Assembly (NCBI GenBank): GCA_964511175.1
Contig: CAZEEI010000006.1
Coordinates: forward strand, 73-64,072
Direction of reading: 5' to 3'
Source: an uncultured Pseudomonadales bacterium
GTDB taxonomy: Bacteria > Patescibacteriota > Microgenomatia > UBA1400 > UBA1396
DNA length: 64,000 bases
Shown one piece after another: positions 19,044-27,344 of this stretch. Within the stretch, counting starts at the first letter, position 1; every line of letters begins with the position of its first letter. Below the pieces are notes generated by a model that was not told the origin of the DNA, did no database searches, and saw only the letters and a list, made by a program, of their open reading frames with translations. Position numbers and translations under genes: made by a program.

Positions 19044-20771
19044 TTAGTCGCCCAGAACTTCCAACTTGTTATAACCAGACAGAATTAACGCGATGTCGGT
19101 AAAGGTAATGTTGCCATCACCATTAATATCGATAATCACTGATTCTGGTTTGTCACTAACGGGGGTAGTGAGTTTGGTCACATAAGTCATCATCTTGCCA
19201 AAGTCGACAATATTAATTTTATTATCATTATTAAAATCGCCGATGATGAGTTTCCATTCATCTTTATTGTGGCGGGGCAACTCGTTTAGCTTACCTTTAT
19301 ACAAGTAAACCTGCGTAAACTTGCGGCGCAAGGTGTTGTCACCCTTAACGGTAACGGTGTAGTAACCAGAGACAAAATCGTTCGGCAAAGAGCTGGTTAC
19401 GACCCGATAGCTGCTGGAGGTTGTATTCCAAGTAGCTTCCTGATTAGACAATTCGGCTACCACATCCGTAGCCGTTTCGACAGTAATTTTAACTTTGCGG
19501 GCACCAACGTTAGTGGTGATGCCTTTAACATTGAAGTTCAAACCGATGGTAGTTTCCGCCAAGAAATCCTTGACCTCGCTGTACCCATCTTCGCCAGCAA
19601 TGTTGTAAACCCAAACACGCACTGCCCCATTGGCAGTAGCTGGCACCGTGGCGACAATTTCGGTGTTAGTCCACTTCTTCACTGTTCCTAGAGCGGTACC
19701 AAAGTAGACATAATACTGAGTGGGACCAAAGTTGTAGCCTTTGATCGTCACGTCTGTACCGGCTGGTGCCGACGCCGGTGTCAAACTCTCCACTACTGGC
19801 TTGAGATTAACGTAATAGTAGCGGCTGATCGGATCAGAAAGATTATTCGCTGCATCGGTCACCTGGGCATGGATGGTGTTAAGACCATGCGGGCGAACTT
19901 TTTCGTATATCGGATCATTGGACCAAGCACTCCAAGAAACACCATCCTCACTGAAGCGATAACGCAGGAAACCGGGATAAGTAATGAGTGTGTCACTGGG
20001 CCGATCAGGCTTATCAACGGCCTTAACCGTAAACTTTATGTTGCGGTCAATAACGGTGCTGGCGGCAGCTGGACCTTGATCAAACTGAACCGTGGGTTTT
20101 TGGGTGTCATTAACAAAAGTTAGAGTCAGAGGCGGCACGGTTTGGAGAACATCCATACCAGCGTTGTCACCACTCTTGGCGATGGCGATGGCTTTGCCCG
20201 GATCTTGCTCTAAAGTGATTTGCCCTAGGGCGGTAGACATGAATGCAATGCGCGCAATTTTTACCCTGCCGGTGGCGGGAGTCTTGTAACCCGATGTACT
20301 TAGACAAGTTAAACTGAAATCGATGGTCACCTTTTTGTCGCCAGCCTTAGTTTCCCGTTCGACCGTGTTGATTTGGTCAGATAGGCAGGGATCAATACTA
20401 TCGGCCAAAGACAGGATTTGCGTGCCAGCCACATCTGCATTGAGGTCGATCACCATCAAATTGGGTGACGCACCAGCACCGGAGTTATAACCTATCTGAA
20501 AAGCTACACCGGATACTGCTGTACCCGCTGTATCCAAGTAGAGATCAACGAAAAAAATATCACCGCTATAACGACTGGTTGATTCTGTTTCCATGGTTAG
20601 CTTAACCGTGCCTAAAACCGAAGCAGCCCGGGAACGAACTTCCGTAGTCTCACCGCCCCCTTGGAAATAGTGTGAGAAGACATACCAACCGACGCCGCCG
20701 GTTAAGACCAAAAAGATAATACCGATCAGGGAATAAACCACCAGACGACCGCGCGTTAGTCTGTAAGACAT
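19044..20771 (-). CDS. multidomain surface protein with N-terminal cohesin-like module, Ig-like domains and C-terminal type-I dockerin
   Basis: C-terminal duplicated Ca-binding dockerin repeats IIGDFNNDNKINIVDFGKMM and IDINGDGNITFTDIALILSGY; N-terminal signal anchor; paralog at 31879-33615. Confidence 0.7.
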   Translation of the reverse strand: MSYRLTRGRLVVYSLIGIIFLVLTGGVGWYVFSHYFQGGGETTEVRSRAASVLGTVKLTMETESTSRYSGDIFFVDLYLDTAGTAVSGVAFQIGYNSGAGASPNLMVIDLNADVAGTQILSLADSIDPCLSDQINTVERETKAGDKKVTIDFSLTCLSTSGYKTPATGRVKIARIAFMSTALGQITLEQDPGKAIAIAKSGDNAGMDVLQTVPPLTLTFVNDTQKPTVQFDQGPAAASTVIDRNIKFTVKAVDKPDRPSDTLITYPGFLRYRFSEDGVSWSAWSNDPIYEKVRPHGLNTIHAQVTDAANNLSDPISRYYYVNLKPVVESLTPASAPAGTDVTIKGYNFGPTQYYVYFGTALGTVKKWTNTEIVATVPATANGAVRVWVYNIAGEDGYSEVKDFLAETTIGLNFNVKGITTNVGARKVKITVETATDVVAELSNQEATWNTTSSSYRVVTSSLPNDFVSGYYTVTVKGDNTLRRKFTQVYLYKGKLNELPRHNKDEWKLIIGDFNNDNKINIVDFGKMMTYVTKLTTPVSDKPESVIIDINGDGNITFTDIALILSGYNKLEVLGD

Positions 20772-20825
20772 ACTGGTTTTATGCTACGCGATTAATGGTG
20801 GAAGTGTCAATCAAGGTAAATTTTG

Positions 20826-20899
20826 TGCGCGCACAGGGACTCGAACCCCGAACCGCGAAGGTATAAGCTTCGTGCTCTAACCAATTGAGCTATGCGCGC
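20826..20899 (-). tRNA. tRNA-Ile, anticodon UAU (TAT)
   Basis: manual cloverleaf fold: 7-bp acceptor GCGCGCA/TGCGCGC, D-arm GCTC..GAGC, anticodon stem CGAAG/CTTCG with loop CTTATAC, 5-nt variable loop, T-arm CGGGG-TTCGAGT-CCCTG; no encoded CCA. Confidence 0.7.
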
Positions 20900-20900
20900 C

Positions 20901-20978
20901 CTTAGGGTGTCACCCTCCAGAGGTAAAATGAATCAGGGTGTCACCCTAAAATTTTTTACCTCTGGAGGGTGACACCTT
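20901..20978. repeat. REP family B element (AGGGTGTCACCCTCCAGAGGTAAAA ... TTTTACCTCTGGAGGGTGACACC nested palindrome)
   Basis: seen directly; abuts the 5' end of tRNA-Ile. Confidence 0.65.
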
Positions 20979-20981
20979 ACA

Positions 20982-21551
20982 TTATACGATAAAAGCCCAA
21001 AAAAGGAGGCTAACTAAGACTAGGAGCCCTACTATGGCCACTATTCCTAGTATCACCGGCAAACGACCACTGAGAACTGAAACCGGTTGGGCGGCGGCTG
21101 GAATAGGTGTGACTGTGGCCACCGGCTGAAACTCAGGGATGGGCGTAACCACCACTGCCCCTTCATAAGCTCGTTGGCGAATTTCCTGAGACTGCTGGGT
21201 TAAAACGGTGGCCGAACCAACCCCCACCACTAGTAATAAGATTGCAACTAGACCACTAACTAGGCGCAAATCGATTTTAGGCAAACGGCGCTGACGCTCG
21301 GAAAGACTACTGGATAACAAATGAGCAGTGTCGGTCACGCTTGGTTCGGATGGCTCCGGACCAGCGGTGGGCAAGGATGCTGGGACGGGCGCCGCGGGTA
21401 GACGAGGTGTTAGTTGAACATCTAAATTGTCGGTACCGGCGGAAAGCGGCGTTTCCCACCCCGCGGCACCCGCACTGTCCATCCGCGGGTAAGGTGTCGA
21501 GTCACCTTCGATTTCTCGCAAAACAGTATCTAAACTCGATGGTGTGTTCAT
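20982..21551 (-). CDS. Pro/Ala-rich bitopic membrane protein
   Basis: 189 aa, central TM, C-terminal TM. Confidence 0.5.
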   Translation of the reverse strand: MNTPSSLDTVLREIEGDSTPYPRMDSAGAAGWETPLSAGTDNLDVQLTPRLPAAPVPASLPTAGPEPSEPSVTDTAHLLSSSLSERQRRLPKIDLRLVSGLVAILLLVVGVGSATVLTQQSQEIRQRAYEGAVVVTPIPEFQPVATVTPIPAAAQPVSVLSGRLPVILGIVAIVGLLVLVSLLFWAFIV

Positions 21552-21553
21552 AT

Positions 21554-22972
21554 TTAATCGTGATCTGACTTACCCGCCAAACGATTGCTCCAAACACCAA
21601 CTCCTAAAAAGACTAGTGCTAACCCCGTCAACCAAGCTAGAGGCCAACTAGTACCGGAAACTGGTTGCTGCTGCATTCCTACTGCCGGCGTCGGCTCCGG
21701 CGTAATCAGTGGCGTTGGGGTTGGAGCGGGAGTGGGCAAAACGGTTGGTACAGGAGTAGGCGTTGCGATCACACCTGAAGGAGTGGCCGTAAAAGCCGGT
21801 ACACCGGTGCTGGCTTGCACAATAAAATTACGCTCAACGGTTTGCAAAACACCATTAGCATCGGTGTAAGACACGGTGATGGTGTGCTGTCCTGGCTCCA
21901 AATTGCCAGGCGGCACCCACGTCCAAGTACCGTCGGCGTTAGCTTGGGCGGTACCGTCATAATTTGTCTCAGAGTGAACCTGAATTTGCAGTTGAGTATT
22001 AGGCGGTGCTTTGCCACTGAATTCAGGTCGATCCGTACTGATCGTTTCTCCCTCAGTAACCGAAGTGATCTGAACCGGAGTAGCACTATCTACCTGGTTA
22101 CCCTCTCCCTCGGAAAATAATGAGCCAAGCGCCGAACCGGCTGTATTGCTGGTAACGGCACTGGCAGTCGCTGTCGACTCCGCTAGCGCCTGAGGTTCCT
22201 GACCAAAACGCAAATCGTAAAGCGGCGACAAGTCCTGAGCCATGGCCGTCAACTCCAGTGTTTGGTTGCGCGCTGTGCCTACTGCTTGGATACGCACACT
22301 GGTGTCACCAGTTAAGGAAAACAGCGCCGAAAGGTCAGTCGTACGTACGGTAGAGATCGGCACCGCCCAGCTGCCGTTAGTCTTAACCAAGGCCGACAAC
22401 GGCGAAGCGCCCTGAATAGACAAGTAAAGGATCGCTCCCTCCGCCGGATTGCCGACTTCATTATTCAAGTTACCGTAGGCGGTTTGAGCCTCGGGCGGAT
22501 TTTGCAAGCGCTGAGCCGTACGAACTGCAAAAGACTGGCCGCGATTGTCGAACAAATTGCGCGAACCGGTACCGATTTGAAAATAATACTGGGTAGTCGG
22601 CTGCAGCCCTCTTACCGACACGTGGTGAGTGGTGTACTCACTACTGCCGCCGGTCAACTGGTCGCGGTCATCGGCCACTTGCAGAGGTAGACGATTGGTT
22701 TCCTGGCCGTATTTAATATAGCCAGGCGAGGCAGTATCGGTTAAAAAGGAAACGGTAAAACCAGTGTCGGTGATGTTGGTAATCCTCACTTGTTTGGGGG
22801 TGGCACCTTCGGCCGCCCTGGGCAAAAACCCACCTGTCCCTTGACCAACCAGAACAATGCCAACTACCACTCCTAGCGCCAAAATACCTAGCCCCAGCAA
22901 AGTGGGGATACGTTTGGCCAACAAACCACCAACGCCAGCTGGTTTCGTCAAAGTGGGCATACCTATCTTCAT
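21554..22972 (-). CDS. surface protein with FN3-like and bacterial Ig-like domains, PT-rich stalk and C-terminal anchor
   Basis: N-terminal TM; PKQVRITNITDTGFTVSF...QYYFQIG FN3-like; Ig-like domain; PTPVPTVLPTPAPTPTP; C-terminal QPVSGT + hydrophobic + RLAGKSDHD. Confidence 0.6.
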   Translation of the reverse strand: MKIGMPTLTKPAGVGGLLAKRIPTLLGLGILALGVVVGIVLVGQGTGGFLPRAAEGATPKQVRITNITDTGFTVSFLTDTASPGYIKYGQETNRLPLQVADDRDQLTGGSSEYTTHHVSVRGLQPTTQYYFQIGTGSRNLFDNRGQSFAVRTAQRLQNPPEAQTAYGNLNNEVGNPAEGAILYLSIQGASPLSALVKTNGSWAVPISTVRTTDLSALFSLTGDTSVRIQAVGTARNQTLELTAMAQDLSPLYDLRFGQEPQALAESTATASAVTSNTAGSALGSLFSEGEGNQVDSATPVQITSVTEGETISTDRPEFSGKAPPNTQLQIQVHSETNYDGTAQANADGTWTWVPPGNLEPGQHTITVSYTDANGVLQTVERNFIVQASTGVPAFTATPSGVIATPTPVPTVLPTPAPTPTPLITPEPTPAVGMQQQPVSGTSWPLAWLTGLALVFLGVGVWSNRLAGKSDHD

Positions 22973-22984
22973 GGTAGCGGGGAA

Positions 22985-23332
22985 TCAAGTCCCCGGCAAT
23001 AGCTCCTCCCCAGCCGGCAATGGAACCAACGGCAGCAACGCCCCTTCAGCGGTGCCCTGCGGTGATTCGGCTATGGTAATTATTTCGCGCAAATGTTGTC
23101 TAGCCTCATCAACGGTAACGTATTGTTTTTTTTCCAGAGTTTCGATCGTTTTTAAATCAATCAGGGGGTTAAGCGGTTCAATCAGTTGTTTGATCCCGGC
23201 TGGCAGAGTAGTACGCTGCGTACTAAGGTAAAGCTCAATACCGATACCCACTGCTACCGTCAGTAAACCTAGAGTCAGGGCGGCTACTACTACCCGTTGA
23301 CGGAGAATGCCGCCATAAGTCAATCGTCTCAT
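22985..23332 (-). CDS. small bitopic membrane protein (PilP-position)
   Basis: 115 aa, N-terminal TM, 4-nt overlap with upstream gene. Confidence 0.4.
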   Translation of the reverse strand: MRRLTYGGILRQRVVVAALTLGLLTVAVGIGIELYLSTQRTTLPAGIKQLIEPLNPLIDLKTIETLEKKQYVTVDEARQHLREIITIAESPQGTAEGALLPLVPLPAGEELLPGT

Positions 23333-24054
23333 TTCTCCTCCCCCACAATAGCCGTATCAGAGTCTTTAGCTTTAGTACCTGCGGCGCGAGCCGGTGCTTG
23401 TTTAGGCTGATAGCCATAAAGAAACAGTGTGGCGTTAACCAAAATAACCGGTTCCTTATTGCGCTCCTCTCGCACTGTTACCGAAAAACCATTCACCGCC
23501 AATAGCGGACGGACACTTTCGATCGTGCGGAAGAAACGTTGAATACTCCCTAAATCACCTTCAAAGGTAATCTGAATACTGTAAATACCGATTTCACTTT
23601 TGTTGAGCAGGGCCAAATCGCTGGCCGCCGCCGGAGTTTGCCCGGTGGACAAATCTACCGGAAAGTTTTTGATCTGTAGGCCGACTAAACTAGCATCGGC
23701 GGCGGCGGCCAAATACTCCAAATAAAATAAGGCGTTCTCTAAAGATAACTGCTGGTGAACCGCGGTAGCCAAAACGGGAAAACGGCTCTTGTAGGTATAG
23801 TAGTCGCTTTGCGCCGTGGAGAGGGCGGCAATTTTTTTACTTAATTCTTGGTCCACTACTCGCTTTTCTTCGATTTCCCGCACTAAACTCGACATCGTAT
23901 TTAGCGTAGGGCGCAGGGCAAAAAGGGCAAAAAAGATTACCGTGGTCAAAGAAAGGAAAAGCTCCAGCGAAACCCGCGTAACTGGTTTTTCGTAAAACTG
24001 CTGCAAATTATTGCGCAGTGATTGAGCCGAAATAAAGCTGCGTTGTTGCGCCAT
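23329..24054 (-). CDS. PilO-like bitopic membrane protein (tentative)
   Basis: short cytoplasmic N-terminus, TM, coiled-coil, C-terminal globular domain; overlaps neighbours by 1-4 nt. Confidence 0.45.
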   Translation of the reverse strand: MAQQRSFISAQSLRNNLQQFYEKPVTRVSLELFLSLTTVIFFALFALRPTLNTMSSLVREIEEKRVVDQELSKKIAALSTAQSDYYTYKSRFPVLATAVHQQLSLENALFYLEYLAAAADASLVGLQIKNFPVDLSTGQTPAAASDLALLNKSEIGIYSIQITFEGDLGSIQRFFRTIESVRPLLAVNGFSVTVREERNKEPVILVNATLFLYGYQPKQAPARAAGTKAKDSDTAIVGEEK

Positions 24055-24725
24055 TAGGGCTTTCCCCCTTGTATTTCCAACTGATCGGACAATCCTTTTT
24101 GATAAATCACCGACAAAGAAAAAGTGACACCGGGATCACGTTGGTCGCCGCTTTGGATTTCGCTAATCGAAATCTGTCCCAAATCTGGTTGGGATTGAAT
24201 ACCTTTAATCAGCAAAGCCAGTGATTGGTTGGATTTGGCTTTACCTTGCAAGGTTAGCCTTTCGCCGGACAAATTAATCTGACCGTAGGAAATATCCGGC
24301 GGCGTCACTTTGGTCAGTGTATCCAACACTTGCCAGCGTCCTTGGGTTGAAAGAATGAAAGCGATGTCCTTGGTGCGGCGTTGAATCGCCCGAAAATCCT
24401 GTTCCAGTGTACCGTAGGATTCGGCAATGGCCTGTTTCTGCACAATCGAAGTATTGAGATCGGTAAGTTGCCGATCCAACACGAAACGCGAAAAAAAGCT
24501 GCCAATGACCACTAACTCGGTAAAGATCACAATGTGTCGTCCTACTCCCACCGCCCATCGCAAAATTTTGCCAACTACCGTGGCATAGAAAGGGTCCTCC
24601 GGGTAAAAATTTAACGCCGGGACTAAAACCTTCTTTCGACCGGTTCGATTAAGCAGGCCTGTAAACATAACCGTATGTTCAGTATACCCTGCCCGGTACC
24701 GCGTATAATAGCCCCATGGTGCCAT
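24054..24725 (-). CDS. PilN-like bitopic membrane protein (tentative)
   Basis: VLVPALNFYPED motif (cf. PilN INLLP) before single TM, periplasmic domain; first gene of the 20 kb co-directional array. Confidence 0.45.
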   Translation of the reverse strand: MAPWGYYTRYRAGYTEHTVMFTGLLNRTGRKKVLVPALNFYPEDPFYATVVGKILRWAVGVGRHIVIFTELVVIGSFFSRFVLDRQLTDLNTSIVQKQAIAESYGTLEQDFRAIQRRTKDIAFILSTQGRWQVLDTLTKVTPPDISYGQINLSGERLTLQGKAKSNQSLALLIKGIQSQPDLGQISISEIQSGDQRDPGVTFSLSVIYQKGLSDQLEIQGGKP

Positions 24726-25162
24726 TACTGGATAACCGCCGCGCCCGCCACGAATACGAACTGCTGGATACTTATGATGCCGGCCTGGTTCTGTTGGGTG
24801 GCGAAGTGAAAATGCTGCGCGGCCGGCACGGTTCTCTGGCCGGTAGCCACGTCCGGGTTATCCAGGGAAAGCCGATTTTGCTCAACGCCCAAATTCCGCC
24901 CTATCCTTATGCCCGCCTAGAAAACTACGATCCCAAACGCACCCGCCAACTGCTGCTTAAAAAAAATGAGATTCTCCAACTGCAACAAGCCCAAGATACT
25001 AAGGGTCTAACCCTAGTGCCAGTAATGATCGGTTTGGCCGGCCGACATTTAAAACTGCGGCTAGCGATTGCGCGCGGTAAAAAACTACACGACCGGCGCG
25101 AAGAACTCCGCCGCCGTGACCTATCACGCCAAGCGGCAGCCGAATTGAAGCGCCGGCGATAA
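24716..25162 (+). CDS. smpB: SsrA-binding protein
   Basis: RARHEYELLDTYDAGLVLLGGEVKMLR ... LLLKKNEILQL ... AIARGKKLHDRREELRRR, classic SmpB. Confidence 0.85.
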   Translation: MVPLLDNRRARHEYELLDTYDAGLVLLGGEVKMLRGRHGSLAGSHVRVIQGKPILLNAQIPPYPYARLENYDPKRTRQLLLKKNEILQLQQAQDTKGLTLVPVMIGLAGRHLKLRLAIARGKKLHDRREELRRRDLSRQAAAELKRRR

Positions 25163-25210
25163 AGAGTTTCCCACCAAAAAAAAAGACCCCGGTTTCCCGG
25201 AGCCTAGTTA

Positions 25211-25241
25211 GGGGGTCTGACCCTAGACAGGGTCAGACCCC
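25211..25241. terminator. perfect 13-bp-stem hairpin (REP family A single unit GGGGGTCTGACCC-TAGA-CAGGGTCAGACCCC) followed by T5; likely bidirectional terminator
   Basis: seen directly between convergent smpB and 25254-25454 gene. Confidence 0.5.
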
Positions 25242-25253
25242 TTTTTAACCGTT

Positions 25254-25454
25254 TTATCTCTTGCGGCGCAAAACCGGCATGCCGGTGCGAGCCGTTTCGA
25301 CTACTTCGAAACCAGCTGGCAATTCGTCAATCGCACCAGGACGGACGTCGCGGGCAAAGAAGTAAATCGGACGAGTGATGCCGTTTTTGAGCGTCACCAT
25401 CTTTTGGTGCAGATAGTAAGTCTGACCTTTCTTATTAGTGTAGGAAAAAGCCAT
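25254..25454 (-). CDS. hypothetical small basic protein (66 aa)
   Basis: ORF with upstream AGGGAG-like RBS region. Confidence 0.4.
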   Translation of the reverse strand: MAFSYTNKKGQTYYLHQKMVTLKNGITRPIYFFARDVRPGAIDELPAGFEVVETARTGMPVLRRKR

Positions 25455-25577
25455 CTTTATCCTTTCTTTCCTTTTTCTCCCTCAGGGATTAACTTCCAAC
25501 ATACTTGAGGTTACGCCAGGACGCAAGAGGCAACCTGTTATGAGATCCAATTTCGCCCGTTTTTTACTCGAGTAAGA

Positions 25578-26219
25578 CTAAAGTTGAGATTCAATCTCAT
25601 CGCGGAGATCAGCAAAATCCATCCTTCGTCCGTTGAGGAAAAAAGTGGGCGTACTATTAAGGTTGTAACTCTCGGCTAGACGCAGGTCGCGTTCCACTAG
25701 GTTTTTGGTTGTTTCGCTTTCTAAATCCGCAGTAAACCGATCAAGATCTAATTTTAGATCCCGAGCCATAGTTTGCCAGGCCTCCTGGGGATCACTTTGC
25801 CGCGACCACTCCGTTTGGGAAGCAAACAAGCGATCGTGCATTTCCCAAAACTTACCCTGCTGGGCTGCTGCCACCGCTGCTTGAGCAGCCAAGCCAGCCT
25901 GAGGATGAGCCCCTAATAAGGGAAAATGACGAAAAACCAAACGTACTTCGGCCGGATGGGCATCGACCAAAGCCCGCACATAACCAGCCATAGTTTGGCA
26001 AGCTGGACACTCAAAATCAGAAAACTCCACAATGGTAAAACGGGCGCTGTCCGTAGCACCACGCTGCGGAGCATCCGCCGGCACTAACTCATCTAAAGGA
26101 ATCTCGACTTGAGCCTGCTGCTCCAGCTGCTGGGTGCTTCGGGCAAAAAACCAGGCCGCACCCGCAATTAATCCTACTGTAGCCAATAACGTCACCAACA
26201 ATAACTTCAAGTTTTGCAT
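25578..26219 (-). CDS. DsbA-family thiol:disulfide oxidoreductase (secreted)
   Basis: FSDFECPACQ CxxC motif in thioredoxin fold; N-terminal signal/TM (start at MQNLKLLLVTLL). Confidence 0.75.
   Translation of the reverse strand: MQNLKLLLVTLLATVGLIAGAAWFFARSTQQLEQQAQVEIPLDELVPADAPQRGATDSARFTIVEFSDFECPACQTMAGYVRALVDAHPAEVRLVFRHFPLLGAHPQAGLAAQAAVAAAQQGKFWEMHDRLFASQTEWSRQSDPQEAWQTMARDLKLDLDRFTADLESETTKNLVERDLRLAESYNLNSTPTFFLNGRRMDFADLRDEIESQL
25584..25599. repeat. REP family C-like palindrome (TTGAGATTCAATCTCA) inside dsbA 3' end
   Basis: seen directly; same palindrome type as the three copies flanking the 39245 transposase. Confidence 0.3.
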
Positions 26220-26245
26220 TTTTTTACCTACTGCGCATTGTAATA

Positions 26246-26572
26246 CTAAACTTGACCTTCCGGCCAAACAATTTTACCGGTGGTTACATCTTGAATTACG
26301 ATCGCCAATACCGGGCAGCTTTGCGCGGCTAAAAGCTTAATTTCGTCCGCTTCATCCTGGGTTAAAACTTCGGCAATATTTTCTTTATCAAACTGTAGAA
26401 CTTTGGGGGCAATAGCAATACAACTGCCGGCCGAAATACACTTGGAACGAAGCATAAAAACTTTATATTTACCAGGCATACCGGTGTCAACCGTCTGGAC
26501 GTCATCACTCTGCAGGATAGCGGGCAGCGCCGAGTTGGCAGCAGGTTGGTTGGGTTGGGATAGATCAGCCAT
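26246..26572 (-). CDS. mono-cluster [3Fe-4S]/[4Fe-4S] ferredoxin
   Basis: CISAGSCIAIAP ... CPV cysteine pattern; AGGAGG RBS 5 nt upstream of ATG at 26572. Confidence 0.65.
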   Translation of the reverse strand: MADLSQPNQPAANSALPAILQSDDVQTVDTGMPGKYKVFMLRSKCISAGSCIAIAPKVLQFDKENIAEVLTQDEADEIKLLAAQSCPVLAIVIQDVTTGKIVWPEGQV

Positions 26573-26582
26573 TATTCCTCCT

Positions 26583-27326
26583 TTAGAAAAATTTTTCGCA
26601 GTGAATGTGCTCGGCAACAATACCCTTATTTACCAGTAAAGCGTTCACTTCCTGAACCATCATACTATTACCGCATAGATAATAGCCGCCGGCATTGGGT
26701 AAAGTATGCACCGTCAGACAATCGGTCACCCGCCCCCGGCATAGTGGCCAATTTTCCGGCGCCTGCGACAAAACCGGATGGAAACGGAAATTAGGATGGT
26801 GCTCCGATAAAAGCTCTAAGTCCTCAAACCAGCATTGATCTTGCGCATGACGCAATCCCCAATATAAAGTCATCGGCCGATCATCAGCCTGATAGATCAA
26901 TAAATCCTCCAGTATGCTTTTCATTGGCGCCACGCCAGCACCGGTAGCGATCAAAACTAACTCTTTTTCGGCCGCACCCAGCGGCGTCTCACGCGAGGCA
27001 GCCACCAATCGACCAAACGGCGCCATGAAGGAAACTTCGGCACCAGACTCCAAAGTCGTCAAATACTTGGTCCCGGCGCCCTGCGGGGTAATATCGACTA
27101 AAATTTCCACGGCGTGATCCAACTGGGGCGAGGAACTAATCGAGTAGCTTTTCTTCTGGGCGTTTCCCGGCACGGTCAACTGCAAGTACTGACCAGCTTG
27201 AAATTTGATTTTATTGGGTTCGACCAGTTCGAAGTGAAAAAAGCAAAACTTGTCGTTAAATTGGGTCTTTTCTGCCAGGCGAGCACGATAGGTTTGCAGG
27301 GTCGGCGCGGGGGCGGGATTATCCAT
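26583..27326 (-). CDS. ferredoxin--NADP(+) reductase-like FAD/NAD(P)-binding oxidoreductase
   Basis: KKSYSISS (RxYS FAD-binding) and LIATGAGVAPM (NAD-binding) motifs; adjacent ferredoxin. Confidence 0.75.
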   Translation of the reverse strand: MDNPAPAPTLQTYRARLAEKTQFNDKFCFFHFELVEPNKIKFQAGQYLQLTVPGNAQKKSYSISSSPQLDHAVEILVDITPQGAGTKYLTTLESGAEVSFMAPFGRLVAASRETPLGAAEKELVLIATGAGVAPMKSILEDLLIYQADDRPMTLYWGLRHAQDQCWFEDLELLSEHHPNFRFHPVLSQAPENWPLCRGRVTDCLTVHTLPNAGGYYLCGNSMMVQEVNALLVNKGIVAEHIHCEKFF

Positions 27327-27344
27327 AAGGGGAAGTATAGCAAA

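Noticed and set aside
24716-25253. Expectation of tmRNA (ssrA) next to smpB
   Set aside because: Only ~90 bp follow smpB and they form a simple REP hairpin/terminator; no tRNA-like domain or tag ORF found nearby.
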